Positions 29,519 to 39,162 of a stretch of DNA of 57,811 nt are shown piece by piece. The translations under genes and the position numbers were made by a program. Position 1 is the stretch's first letter, and each line of letters begins with the position of its first letter. The notes beneath the pieces are model-generated. The model worked only from the letters and a program-made list of their open reading frames with translations. It was not told the origin of the DNA and ran no database searches. This DNA comes from a virus (taxonomy: Duplodnaviria > Caudoviricetes), in the IMG/VR virus record IMGVR_UViG_3300044641_001974, positions 1-57,811 of that record; one strand, 5' to 3'.

Positions 29519-30010
29519 TTAGCTTTCACTCTTAGAGTTAGAGCCACCAAAAGAAATACGAGTATTACGCTCTGGCTGCTGAAAACGCATTGTTGAATGC
29601 GCATTCTCTTTCATCATATTGTTGTCTACTGCTTCAATTTGGTCCCTTGCACGTTGGCGGTAATAAGCATTACGCTCACTGACAGTTTCTTCGGGGATTT
29701 TCGCTAAAAGTAAGCCGCCAACTCCGACGACTCCTTTGTTCCGACCATCTTCAACAGTAGGCATGGTGTTTTGATATTCTTCGGGCAACTCTTCTAAACG
29801 AACGAGTTCATATCCCTCACGAAGCTTACTAAACACATTCTGCTTGTCTTCAAAGCCTTGAACTTCAGAGCGAATCCAACGATATTTAAAACCATCTGGT
29901 GCAGGGGGAGCATCCAAACGAGAAGGAGGTGCCCATGGTTTACGTTGCGCAGTCTTTTCACGTGTTTGAGCGTTACGGGAGCTGCGATTAAATTTAACAG
30001 TATCAGTCAT
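29519..30010 (-). CDS. Conserved head-module protein, 163 aa
   Basis: WAPPSRLDAPPAPDGFKYRWIR...REGYELV...GGLLLAKIP. Confidence 0.55.
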   Translation of the reverse strand: MTDTVKFNRSSRNAQTREKTAQRKPWAPPSRLDAPPAPDGFKYRWIRSEVQGFEDKQNVFSKLREGYELVRLEELPEEYQNTMPTVEDGRNKGVVGVGGLLLAKIPEETVSERNAYYRQRARDQIEAVDNNMMKENAHSTMRFQQPERNTRISFGGSNSKSES

Positions 30011-30014
30011 GGTT

Positions 30015-30998
30015 TTATTCCTTTACGTATTTGGCATATTCCTCAATAGGAACACCAAGTTTTTTAGCAATAGCGACTTGACTAGGAGACAGTCTTACGC
30101 TGCGGCGTGCATTAGTATTTACTCCGGATGACCGGGCTGCAGGTGCAACGGCCTGCACGGGTTGCCGTTGTTGCCTGTTAGGTTGTGCAGCGAACTTCTG
30201 CGGAAACTGTGCTTTAATTCGCCGATTTAGCTCATCATAATACTCATCTGATGATCCGTCAAACCCTTCTGCTTCACGAAGCTGTTTATCTATCCCCCAA
30301 GCAGCATAGGTCATCGTTGTATCTTGACCAAACCATGGGTTTTCTTCTGCCCAAGACTCTGCCTTTGGATCAACCCGTGGAGCCTGTTGGGCTGGGGGTT
30401 GAAACTGAGGTTGTTGGTAAATCTGCTGTGGTTGGATAGGCGGGTTGTAAATCTGTGCTTGAGGTTGCTCTGCACCTCTTTCTAAATAGCCAGCAAGTTC
30501 CCGTTGCTCATGCGCTAGAGAAGCTAAGCGCTCTTGGGCTTCGGTTTCGGTGTCAATGTCACCTTCTTCACGGGCTTTTTTGATAATTTGACGAATAGTC
30601 AAAAGCTGAGTGTCTACTCGGCTCTTGGCTTCTGCCAAGCGGCCATAGTCAGAGGTAGCAGCCCGTTGCTGGGCTTGCTGGAACTGACCTTGAACGCCTT
30701 TTGCAAACTCCAAAGCTGCCTGTTCACGGCGTTCTGCCTCACGCAGCTTAGAAGTTAGCTTATCAATCCGTTTTTTAACGGTATCGCTGTATTCCTTGAG
30801 CTCTTCGCCCTGGTTATTGGCTTCTTCCTTAGCAGGCTCTTTGTCTACGGGCTCTGCTAGGGCTGGTTTGTCAGGCTCTGGAGCAAGGTCTTCTACAATC
30901 TCTGCCTTGCCCTCATCATCTATGTCGACTTGAACTTCGGGTGCGTTTTCTGCCCCTACTTCGATGTCGTAAGTCGGATTTTCAGTTACTTGTCCCAT
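30015..30998 (-). CDS. Scaffolding protein
   Basis: Acidic N-terminus, coiled coil (VKKRIDKLT), WAEENPWFG, C-terminal VAIAKKLGVPIEEYAKYV. Confidence 0.7.
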   Translation of the reverse strand: MGQVTENPTYDIEVGAENAPEVQVDIDDEGKAEIVEDLAPEPDKPALAEPVDKEPAKEEANNQGEELKEYSDTVKKRIDKLTSKLREAERREQAALEFAKGVQGQFQQAQQRAATSDYGRLAEAKSRVDTQLLTIRQIIKKAREEGDIDTETEAQERLASLAHEQRELAGYLERGAEQPQAQIYNPPIQPQQIYQQPQFQPPAQQAPRVDPKAESWAEENPWFGQDTTMTYAAWGIDKQLREAEGFDGSSDEYYDELNRRIKAQFPQKFAAQPNRQQRQPVQAVAPAARSSGVNTNARRSVRLSPSQVAIAKKLGVPIEEYAKYVKE

Positions 30999-31007
30999 TG
31001 TTGCTCC

Positions 31008-31460
31008 TTACATGTGCAAAATATCTTCGGGGTTGTTGATAACAGCAATGATTTCGTCATCATTTAAGATTCGGATTTCACCTTCGTCAATTCCAATACG
31101 GGAACCTGCATATCGAGTGAAAACTACCCAATCACCGTCCTTGCACCACGCTCCTGTAGGAAATTTGCTCTCGTCTTTATATGCCAAAGGACCAGTTTTC
31201 AAGACGTAACCACATACTGTGGTTATTTGGGTCTGCTTTTTGGTCTCTTCGACGTATAAAATACCGCCTTTAGATTTATTTGTGCCCCTGTAAGGTAGGA
31301 CAGCAATACGCCATCCTGTGGGAGTTGGAATACGGTCTAAAACCGCTTCCTCAATCCTATCGGGCTCTAGTTGCCCATCTTCGTTATAGGCGTCATCAAG
31401 TTCAGGCCCTCTTGCTGCCTTCTCGTCTGCCCATTTCTGCTCTAATGCAGTCAATTCCAT
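31008..31460 (-). CDS. groES: Phage co-chaperonin GroES-like
   Basis: PTGWRIAVLP...KSKGGIL...GPLAY...GDWVVFTRYAGSRI...RILNDDEIIAV. Confidence 0.8.
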   Translation of the reverse strand: MELTALEQKWADEKAARGPELDDAYNEDGQLEPDRIEEAVLDRIPTPTGWRIAVLPYRGTNKSKGGILYVEETKKQTQITTVCGYVLKTGPLAYKDESKFPTGAWCKDGDWVVFTRYAGSRIGIDEGEIRILNDDEIIAVINNPEDILHM

Positions 31461-31478
31461 ACGGTTTTCTCCACAGGG

Positions 31479-31664
31479 TTAGTCAAAAGTCTCTTTCCTA
31501 AGCATGTCTTGTACGACCTGCTCAACAAAAGTGTAGCCCTCAAGCCTACCCATCATCTGGCGGTATTGTTCCATATTCTTCATGGACCCCGAGATCACGA
31601 GTTGTTCCGTATCCTGCCGCATGCGGCGAATTTCGTGTAGCAAGTTTTCTGTAAACTTGAGCAT
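31479..31664 (-). CDS. Small hypothetical protein
   Basis: G...NMEQYRQMMGRLEG pattern typical of the gene before phage GroES. Confidence 0.5.
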   Translation of the reverse strand: MLKFTENLLHEIRRMRQDTEQLVISGSMKNMEQYRQMMGRLEGYTFVEQVVQDMLRKETFD

Positions 31665-31745
31665 GGTTCCTACCATGTTGCAAGAGGACTTTTAGCCCCT
31701 CTTGATAGCTAGTTACTGTGAATATACACAGTATATTTCAAAAAA

Positions 31746-32045
31746 TCAATAAATACCTACAGGAAGTTTTCCGTCACGCTTGTACGTAACAGTCCCCCCT
31801 CGTTTTTGAATAGCCCTTTTCTGACTAGCCACCACATTACGGGGCTTTTCCGACGAAACCGAGCCACCTTCTTTTTTCTTTTGGACGCCCGCTTTTTTAA
31901 GGCTAATTGCCACCGCCTGCTTGACCGCAGCTTTTTTAGACTTAGGAGTGCTCGTACCGATACGCCCCTTAGACTGGTATGTGTCGACGAGTTCTTGGAT
32001 GTTTCCACTAACTGTTTTTCTACTGCTTCCGGGTTTGAGAGGCAT
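31746..32045 (-). CDS. Basic hypothetical protein, about 99 aa
   Basis: MPLKPGSSRKTVSGNI...KQAVAISL; ATG at 32045 after an AGGAG RBS. Confidence 0.55.
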   Translation of the reverse strand: MPLKPGSSRKTVSGNIQELVDTYQSKGRIGTSTPKSKKAAVKQAVAISLKKAGVQKKKEGGSVSSEKPRNVVASQKRAIQKRGGTVTYKRDGKLPVGIY

Positions 32046-34392
32046 TTTGGGCTCCTTTTTGTAACATAGCCATAATACGTTCATTTGCAATTTTTTCGTT
32101 AGACTGAATTTTAGCCAAGTCAATTTGATCTTGCTTTTGCTTGTCCATCTGCTCCATTTGGAGGCGGGCGCTGGCTTCTTGCGTCTTAGCTTGATCTCGC
32201 TGGGCGCTTTGTTGCAGCTCTTGCTTCTTCAACTCAACTAATGGGTCTGTTTGGTCGCCCACAAGCTGGTTTTGAAGTTCCCGTACCTGCTGGAGATTTT
32301 CAACAATCTTTATGGCAATCATGCCTTCTTTTTGCAAGTCAGACACCATGTTTTCAGGGTCTGTGCCATACGTTTTGAAGAGTTCTGCTTCCACATCCTC
32401 TTCTGCTCTTAGGCGGCAATGCTCTAAAATATGCTTTTGCAGCTCCACCGCAGCCAAAGGATTGGATTGGAGGATTGGCGAGATACCTTGGATTAAGTGG
32501 CTCACAATATGAGCGTCATGTTGCTGTCCAGGGAACGCCTTGAGCTTGACTCCGTCCATTACGTCGCCATTTTCTGTGGCTGGGTCTTTTGGCAAGTCTG
32601 GGTTCTGTGGTTTTAAGATTGCGTCAATGTTTTTAGTTCCCAGCGCCTCATAAATACGGCGATATGCCTCATACAGGTTGTGCATCTGTGGAGCCGACTG
32701 TGCAAGCTGTAGTTGGGTCTGCGCCATAGTGATACGCTGCGCTGTTGAAAAAATATTGGGGTCTGCAACAGGGATTACATCGACGCTGCCGTCAAAATCG
32801 GTACGTTTAATCTTACGGGAAGCGCCGGGTACATCATATGGGTACTCGTCAGGCAAGGATTCACCAAAGCCGTCAGCCAATAAGCGGAACTCGAGCTTTT
32901 GGGCATAGTGCATCCGTTTGTGAATAGCGGACATGATGTTTGCGCCCTTTTCCAAGAGTGCAATGGTGGTTCCAACTGCTGCTTGCTGGTTGCCGTCGCC
33001 TACTTGCATGTCTGCAATGGACGCCAAGCGTTTACCAGCCTCAACGCAAAAGCCTAACAAGGTAAATAGCGTCTGGCTTGGCTCTTTGTACGGTAGTGGT
33101 AACAAGGAAGACTGTAAATCAGCTCCACCAGCGTCAATATCACGCCATTCGCCCGGTTGCAGCGGCACGTCGTCGTTGGCAATACGGGCGCCCCTAGCTT
33201 TAAAGCCTGCAGGCAGATTAGCCAAGGTTCCAGCATCGATTAATTGACGCATGGAGGATGTTGCGGTGCGGGTTAAGCCACCAATCAAGTGTACAAAACC
33301 AAGGCCGTAGGCTCCCGGTCCCTCTACAAGCACATAATGCACAAAATACTCTTTACGGCACTTGTATCCGTCCTTCATTTTCCAGTTACGACGAATCCCA
33401 ACCACTTGGTTGGTGCTTTCTTCGATGGTAATGACATAAGGCAGGGCAACACCGGTCTCTTCGCCGTCATCGTCCTTGTCTTCAAAGCCTTCTAAGTCCC
33501 AATCCACGTGGAACTCATACAAAAACACTTCTTCTGGCTCACCAGAGGCAGACATACCGACTAATTTGTCGATGCTGTCTTGAATTGCGTCGCCTGGAGT
33601 CGAATTAACAACAGGCTGGACGTTAACATCACGATAAAAGCCAATATTGACCAGTTTGCGGTACTCATTTGCGTCCATTGGCACACGATGAGTAATGCGT
33701 GGGCACTTCGACATAATGGAAGAGCCGTTGTAAGGGATAAATAAGTCATCTGGCAGCACTAACTTGCTTACCATCTTGCCTGTTTGTGGGTTTTGATAGA
33801 CTTTTTTGAATGCTGAGCCGCCATAACCTGCATAAAACAGTAATTGGTCAAACTCAGGGGTGTAATCCGCCATGTCAGTAGTCAGTTCGTAGTTCATGAA
33901 CTCCTTGACACGCTCTGCTTTGGCTAATTTCTCACGAGTTTCCTTGCCAAGCACCTGTGTTTTGACAGGGCCTTCGGCTGGCATGAGTTCTTTGAACGCT
34001 TGGGCCTGAAATTGTACGATTGCTTCGGTAAGCATGGGGTGTGCTGTGCCACAAGCGCCCTTAAATGGCTTGGTACGCTCCTCGTATGAAAAGCCAAGAA
34101 GCTCTAAACCCTTAGAATACTGCTTTTCCCAATCACCACGGCTCGCTTTGTCAGCGTCTAACAACGCCATGAGCTCGCTGGAAATAGGACCAAGCTCGCT
34201 GGGGTCTACTACTTCGGCTAAATTGGCGTCAAACGGCACTTCTTCGTGGTCTTTTTCACCCATTTCGACTGTTGCACCGCCATCTTCTTCCAAAATAATC
34301 TCAATGTCGCCCTCTGGCGTTTTCATTTCAATCTCAGGAAGCTCAATATCAATTGTTTCTTCGTCTTCTGGACGGTTTTTTTCAATAGCCAT
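32020..34392 (-). CDS. Portal protein, 790 aa
   Basis: HPMLTEAIVQFQAQA, GSAFKKVY, RQLIDAGTLANLPAGFK, PLPYKEPS; position between TerL and scaffold. Confidence 0.85.
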   Translation of the reverse strand: MAIEKNRPEDEETIDIELPEIEMKTPEGDIEIILEEDGGATVEMGEKDHEEVPFDANLAEVVDPSELGPISSELMALLDADKASRGDWEKQYSKGLELLGFSYEERTKPFKGACGTAHPMLTEAIVQFQAQAFKELMPAEGPVKTQVLGKETREKLAKAERVKEFMNYELTTDMADYTPEFDQLLFYAGYGGSAFKKVYQNPQTGKMVSKLVLPDDLFIPYNGSSIMSKCPRITHRVPMDANEYRKLVNIGFYRDVNVQPVVNSTPGDAIQDSIDKLVGMSASGEPEEVFLYEFHVDWDLEGFEDKDDDGEETGVALPYVITIEESTNQVVGIRRNWKMKDGYKCRKEYFVHYVLVEGPGAYGLGFVHLIGGLTRTATSSMRQLIDAGTLANLPAGFKARGARIANDDVPLQPGEWRDIDAGGADLQSSLLPLPYKEPSQTLFTLLGFCVEAGKRLASIADMQVGDGNQQAAVGTTIALLEKGANIMSAIHKRMHYAQKLEFRLLADGFGESLPDEYPYDVPGASRKIKRTDFDGSVDVIPVADPNIFSTAQRITMAQTQLQLAQSAPQMHNLYEAYRRIYEALGTKNIDAILKPQNPDLPKDPATENGDVMDGVKLKAFPGQQHDAHIVSHLIQGISPILQSNPLAAVELQKHILEHCRLRAEEDVEAELFKTYGTDPENMVSDLQKEGMIAIKIVENLQQVRELQNQLVGDQTDPLVELKKQELQQSAQRDQAKTQEASARLQMEQMDKQKQDQIDLAKIQSNEKIANERIMAMLQKGAQNASQTRKQ

Positions 34393-34394
34393 GG

Positions 34395-37208
34395 TTATTT
34401 ATTTCTCCAATTTTCTGGGAGGTACCTAGGTAGCTCTGTAAACTTAAGATCATCGCCAATTTTATTCGAATAATCTGTTAAAAACTCATCAATCTGCGGA
34501 AAATAACTTTCGGCGGGGGTATTTGCTGTTCCCTTTATTTGAACAATTTCATCAAATACGTCTTTTTTACTGGGATCAACCTCTTTTCTTACCGATCCGT
34601 CCCAGTTATACATAGGAACTTGATTGGTTTTATTAAGTTCTATTGTAACGTGCGGAACGCCTTTTTTATCCCGTAATGAATATATCTTTTTGGTTCCGTT
34701 GACAACACCTTCTAAGTAAGAGGGTCGGTTTCCAACGCAATGGCCCATGATACAGCCTTCAATTGTCAAAGCCTCTTTAGTCTTTACATCAACCCAAGAG
34801 TAGTCGTCTTTTGCTTTTGCTATAGGCTCTGTTCCAGCAAACAGTTCTTTTCTACTAAACTTTTCAGGATTTGATTTTGCATTGGCAAGCATTTCGTGCC
34901 ATTGTGAGGATTTGGCTAATGCGTCAGCAAAACCCATGTTTTTAATTTCGTTAGCAGAGCGAGTGCTTAAGTAATCTTTTAATTCCCCTAGCTTTAAAGC
35001 ATTCATACTTAGTATGTTAGTAAAGACAGGGTCCCCTTGGGTAATTGCTTGGCGTATGTGTGGAGGTAAATTTGACTTACTTAGCAAACTGGCTATTCCT
35101 TTTTTATCCCCTTCCTCTACCAACTGCTTCATTCCAGGGAAATCATATAAAGAAGGATATTCCCGAATAGTTTGTTGCTCTAAAGGGCGAATAGAAGTCA
35201 TTAAGGTAGTTGGATTATCTGGACTTTGTTTAGCAATTAAGTCTTTTATGTCTTGTTGAACTTTGTATAGGTGTGTGGAAGAATAGCCTTCGCCCTTTGC
35301 CTTAGCTACTGCTTTGTTTATCAAAGCAGTAACTCCCGTTTCAGCATCATACGCATCCCGTACTGCTTTTAAAGTTTCTTTTGAAGCTGATTCACGATAC
35401 CGTTGTATTTTTTCAGGAGAAATAAAAAACTGGTTTGCGGGGATTTGACCTTCAAGAATTTTCTTGAAAACAGGGTCATCCGCTGTGCCGTATTGGTTTT
35501 GAATAAAGCTGCGTGCTTTTTTATCAAAGAATTGTTTGATTGCTGCGCCTTGCTCGGTAGAAGCATCTACATCCCCCAAGACATTTTGAAGTTCAATGTC
35601 ACTACGAACTAAAGGAGGTTCGTCCACGGATTTCGCACCAAGGTACACACCGCCTTTTGGTCGTACCGCAAATGCTGTACCGGGAGCCATGATCTGTTGT
35701 GCTACTTTGCTGCCACCTTGTCCGGTGCTTGCCATCGCCAAGTCTTCCAGCGCTGCTTTAGCTGTGCCCTTCATGGCTTTGCCTGCAGCAACCACGGCTC
35801 GTGGTCCGGCAGTAGGACTTATAATTCCCGTTCCCAAGCGTGTCAAAGTTTCTGTGGTCGAGCCGGTTGGCTTGTCGGCAATGCCTAGCTCTCGAGACTT
35901 TTGAATCAGATAGTCACTGCCCCCTACAGGCTTCTCAGTCGCAAGCTTACTGCCGGTGACGTAGTCTACACCTTTTAGAGCAAGATTGCCGATATCTACA
36001 GGGGCGCCTAAGAGGTCATAAGGGGTGTACTGCATACTACGCAAAATTTCTTTAGCCGTGCCTTTTACCTTTTCGCCCATGCTGGGCTCTGGCTTTTTTT
36101 CGACTTCCCCTCCGTCTGCAAACAGCGGTGTGCTAGTTCCTGCAAAACCACTTACGTCCCCTAAGCCAAAGCTACCTATGTTGAACTGTCTAGGGGCTTG
36201 TACTGCACGCATAGCAGTTGAACTAGCCTGAGCATTTTGAATAGCCCGTTGTTTGACCTGTTCTGTAAACTTGTCAATCTCTGCCTGAGTCATTGGTGCA
36301 GTAGGTTCTTTTAATGTAAATTCAGGTGGAGTGCGTGGGCGCTTGTCAAAGCGATTGCCGGGTACAAAGCTTTCCAGCATCTTGTTATGCTCGGCAACCG
36401 CTTTGTTGTATTCGTCTACCTGTGTTTCGTAGTCCTTGATGCTTTTGTTCATTTCTTCTTGCTTGGTTCTGTCCTTAGAAGAAATGCGGGGGGTTCGTCC
36501 AGCATAGGCGCTTGCAAACCCACCCTCAGCCATGCGCCGTGGTTCTTGAGCGGGGAACGGTGATGTGGGTTTAATTTGTGCGAGCATTTGCTTGGCTTGC
36601 GAGAAATCCGCACCAGCGCTGGCAAGCTCCTCTTCCTCTGCAATCTTTTCCCTTGCTTCACTTAGGTCGTCCGCTTTTGCCATTAAGGCAAGCGCCGCCT
36701 GGTAGCTAGGTCCGAGGTCCGTGATCTTTTGTTTAATCAAAGGATTGACAGGGGGTTTGTTCCCTCTAGGGGCAAGCTGTGGTTGGCTGCCTTTGGTGCG
36801 CCCCATCACTTGCTCCATGTACTGCAGCGTATTGGGTGCATTCGGGTTGCGAGGATCACTTACTGCAACGCCTTGCTTTGCTTTCTCAATAGCCTTTGGA
36901 CCGCCATAGTAGCCTACCGCTGTTAAGCCAAGATCGTTTGTTTTACTGAATAAATCCTTGATGTACCGCAAGCCCCCTACCGAGTTGTCGTAGGGGTCGT
37001 CAATGTTCCCTTGAGGGTTGTAGGCTTTAAACGTAGCAGGTAACACTTGCATTGGACCACGGGCGCCAGCATTACTGGTTTTGACGTTGGCTCCCGAGCT
37101 GCTCTCTTGTTGGAAGATAGAGCGGGCGACAGACTCAAGATTTGTGCCTGCAATGCCTTCATCTTTGAGAGCCTTTTCAAAGCTCGTGATCCGTGATTCT
37201 TGGGCCAT
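34395..37208 (-). CDS. Polyvalent protein: N-terminal lytic transglycosylase (SLT) plus C-terminal PcfJ-like domain, 937 aa
   Basis: QESS...SNAGARGPMQVLPATF...GLRYI...GYYGGP (SLT); EGCIMGHCVG...IYSLRDKKGVPHVTIE...QIKG (PcfJ-like). Confidence 0.7.
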   Translation of the reverse strand: MAQESRITSFEKALKDEGIAGTNLESVARSIFQQESSSGANVKTSNAGARGPMQVLPATFKAYNPQGNIDDPYDNSVGGLRYIKDLFSKTNDLGLTAVGYYGGPKAIEKAKQGVAVSDPRNPNAPNTLQYMEQVMGRTKGSQPQLAPRGNKPPVNPLIKQKITDLGPSYQAALALMAKADDLSEAREKIAEEEELASAGADFSQAKQMLAQIKPTSPFPAQEPRRMAEGGFASAYAGRTPRISSKDRTKQEEMNKSIKDYETQVDEYNKAVAEHNKMLESFVPGNRFDKRPRTPPEFTLKEPTAPMTQAEIDKFTEQVKQRAIQNAQASSTAMRAVQAPRQFNIGSFGLGDVSGFAGTSTPLFADGGEVEKKPEPSMGEKVKGTAKEILRSMQYTPYDLLGAPVDIGNLALKGVDYVTGSKLATEKPVGGSDYLIQKSRELGIADKPTGSTTETLTRLGTGIISPTAGPRAVVAAGKAMKGTAKAALEDLAMASTGQGGSKVAQQIMAPGTAFAVRPKGGVYLGAKSVDEPPLVRSDIELQNVLGDVDASTEQGAAIKQFFDKKARSFIQNQYGTADDPVFKKILEGQIPANQFFISPEKIQRYRESASKETLKAVRDAYDAETGVTALINKAVAKAKGEGYSSTHLYKVQQDIKDLIAKQSPDNPTTLMTSIRPLEQQTIREYPSLYDFPGMKQLVEEGDKKGIASLLSKSNLPPHIRQAITQGDPVFTNILSMNALKLGELKDYLSTRSANEIKNMGFADALAKSSQWHEMLANAKSNPEKFSRKELFAGTEPIAKAKDDYSWVDVKTKEALTIEGCIMGHCVGNRPSYLEGVVNGTKKIYSLRDKKGVPHVTIELNKTNQVPMYNWDGSVRKEVDPSKKDVFDEIVQIKGTANTPAESYFPQIDEFLTDYSNKIGDDLKFTELPRYLPENWRNK

Positions 37209-37214
37209 GGGGTA

Positions 37215-37478
37215 TTACTTAATACCACCTTTTGTTTTACCGCGGACCGCGCAGCCATCAGCACGGCGACTTGCCATAGTTACGCTGCCACCTTTTTTCT
37301 TCTTGACAGGCTCTTCTTTGCTTTCGGCTTCTTCCTTCTTGCCTTTGCCTATCATTTTCTGAAACTTCTGCTCAGGAGGATAATCCTTCATGTCCTCTGC
37401 TGCTTTTTTGTTTTGCTCGGGGGTGCCCATTAAATTTTCATAAGCACGTTTCAAGAGATTGGGGTTTTGACTTGCCAT
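37215..37478 (-). CDS. Small basic protein, 87 aa
   Basis: KKKKGGSV...ASRRADGCAVRGKTKG. Confidence 0.55.
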   Translation of the reverse strand: MASQNPNLLKRAYENLMGTPEQNKKAAEDMKDYPPEQKFQKMIGKGKKEEAESKEEPVKKKKGGSVTMASRRADGCAVRGKTKGGIK

Positions 37479-37514
37479 GATATACCTTTGCGGAAAGTTT
37501 TCTTGATTATAGAG

Positions 37515-38978
37515 TTAATAATACTCGTGGACAATAGTATCCGAATTCCGGTCATCTTCATAGTCTAGATTGAGCGAAATGAAGTTGCCCATGCGAAACC
37601 GAGAAAGAGCCATGGACATCGAGTCAACCTGGTCGTCATGTGAGCCGTTAGGAAAGGACGCACACTCCTCGATCATTTCTTGTGCCCACTCGTCCTCGGA
37701 CGCCCAGACCATCCCAGACTCCAAGATTGGAGCAATAGCGTTAGCCCTAGATATCTTGTCGGTACCCGCTTTCCGCCCTCCGGGACTGTACATAGTCACA
37801 GGTATGCCTACCCGCCTAAGTTCTTGCTGAAGCGGGGTTCCCGTGGCTTTTGCCTCGATTAGGACATTGTCGGGGTTCCAATACTTATACTCTTCAAGAG
37901 CGATTCGCTTAAGTTCGGGAAAATCCCAGCGACCTCTGCGTACGCCAAGCAAAATAATATTGGGGCCAGAATCAGAATCTGGCGTAAACACGCCCCAAGT
38001 TGAGATAACCGAATAGTCGGCAGTCTCCTTTTTGGAGTAGGCGGTGTCGTAGGATTGGATAATATATTCGCAAGCAGGCGGTTCTTCATGGGGCCACTTT
38101 CTCCACCATTCACGCTTGAGGATAGCCCCGTCGTCATTAGTGGGTTGTTGTTGCCATTGGGCGTTCCACTTTTGGAGACCAATGGACATTTTTACTTTTT
38201 CGAGCTCGTCTAGCTTCCAATACTCAGGCCAGAGAGGCTTATTACTTGGCAGGATAGCAGGAAATTCCAACACTTCCCACTGATCGGACTTTAATTGGGA
38301 CTGATTTTTGAGCAAGCGCCCCGCTACGTCGTCCGTTTTCCAGCGGGTATTAATCAAGATAATTGAGCCACCCGGCTGTAAACGCTGGCGTGGTCCAGAG
38401 GTATACCACTCCCAAGTGTTCTCCATGGCAGTATCGGATATGGCGTCTTGTTCGTCTAAGATGTCGTCAAGGATAATAACGTCGCCTCCCCGCCCGGTCA
38501 TCGCTCCGCCCTTACCAATGAAGAAGGCTTCACCGCCTTGGGAGGTGCTCCAGCGTCCAGCCGCCTTGGAGTCTGCTGACAGCATAGTGCCAGGGAATAG
38601 CTCCTTGTACCGCTCGTCATCGACAAGGTTACGGATCATACGACCAAAGCGCTGCGCTAGTTCAGCCGTGTGTGACCCTACAATGAGCTTGGACTGCGGC
38701 ATACGGCCCATGAGGTAGGCGGGGAACAGGTAGCTCCCAAGCTGGGACTTACCATGCCGTGGGGGCATCGCAATGATTAGACGCTTGCACTCGCCAGAGA
38801 CCACCCTGTCAAACTTTTCAGCAATCTCTTTATGGTGTTGCCCAACGATCATCTCGGGCCATACGTAACGGCAGAAGTCTAAAAACTTAGTCGTAGACTT
38901 TTCTTGTGCCTCTAACAGGTGCTTGCGATACTCTAGCCTCGCTATCTCGGCGGCAACATCATCAGGTGTTGAATTCAT
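37515..38978 (-). CDS. terL: Terminase large subunit
   Basis: Walker A MPPRHGKS, Walker B VIILDD, TRW coupling motif, nuclease SYDTA and HDDQVDS. Confidence 0.92.
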   Translation of the reverse strand: MNSTPDDVAAEIARLEYRKHLLEAQEKSTTKFLDFCRYVWPEMIVGQHHKEIAEKFDRVVSGECKRLIIAMPPRHGKSQLGSYLFPAYLMGRMPQSKLIVGSHTAELAQRFGRMIRNLVDDERYKELFPGTMLSADSKAAGRWSTSQGGEAFFIGKGGAMTGRGGDVIILDDILDEQDAISDTAMENTWEWYTSGPRQRLQPGGSIILINTRWKTDDVAGRLLKNQSQLKSDQWEVLEFPAILPSNKPLWPEYWKLDELEKVKMSIGLQKWNAQWQQQPTNDDGAILKREWWRKWPHEEPPACEYIIQSYDTAYSKKETADYSVISTWGVFTPDSDSGPNIILLGVRRGRWDFPELKRIALEEYKYWNPDNVLIEAKATGTPLQQELRRVGIPVTMYSPGGRKAGTDKISRANAIAPILESGMVWASEDEWAQEMIEECASFPNGSHDDQVDSMSMALSRFRMGNFISLNLDYEDDRNSDTIVHEYY

Positions 38979-39162
38979 AGCCGCATAATAGCCTAAAAGG
39001 TATGTTTTTGTAAAAAATATAATACCTATGGGTATGGGTACCCTTTTTAAAACAAGGGGGTGGTATTTGTGTTTTAGCTATATTTGTTTGTCTGAAAATT
39101 GGGAGAAGAGCAAGAAAAAAATAAGGGGGTGGTTTTAGGGGGTTAGGGTTATAAAAGGTCTA

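Noticed and set aside
39134-39150. TTAGGG telomere-like repeat
   Set aside because: Only two copies; treated as part of a G-rich tract.
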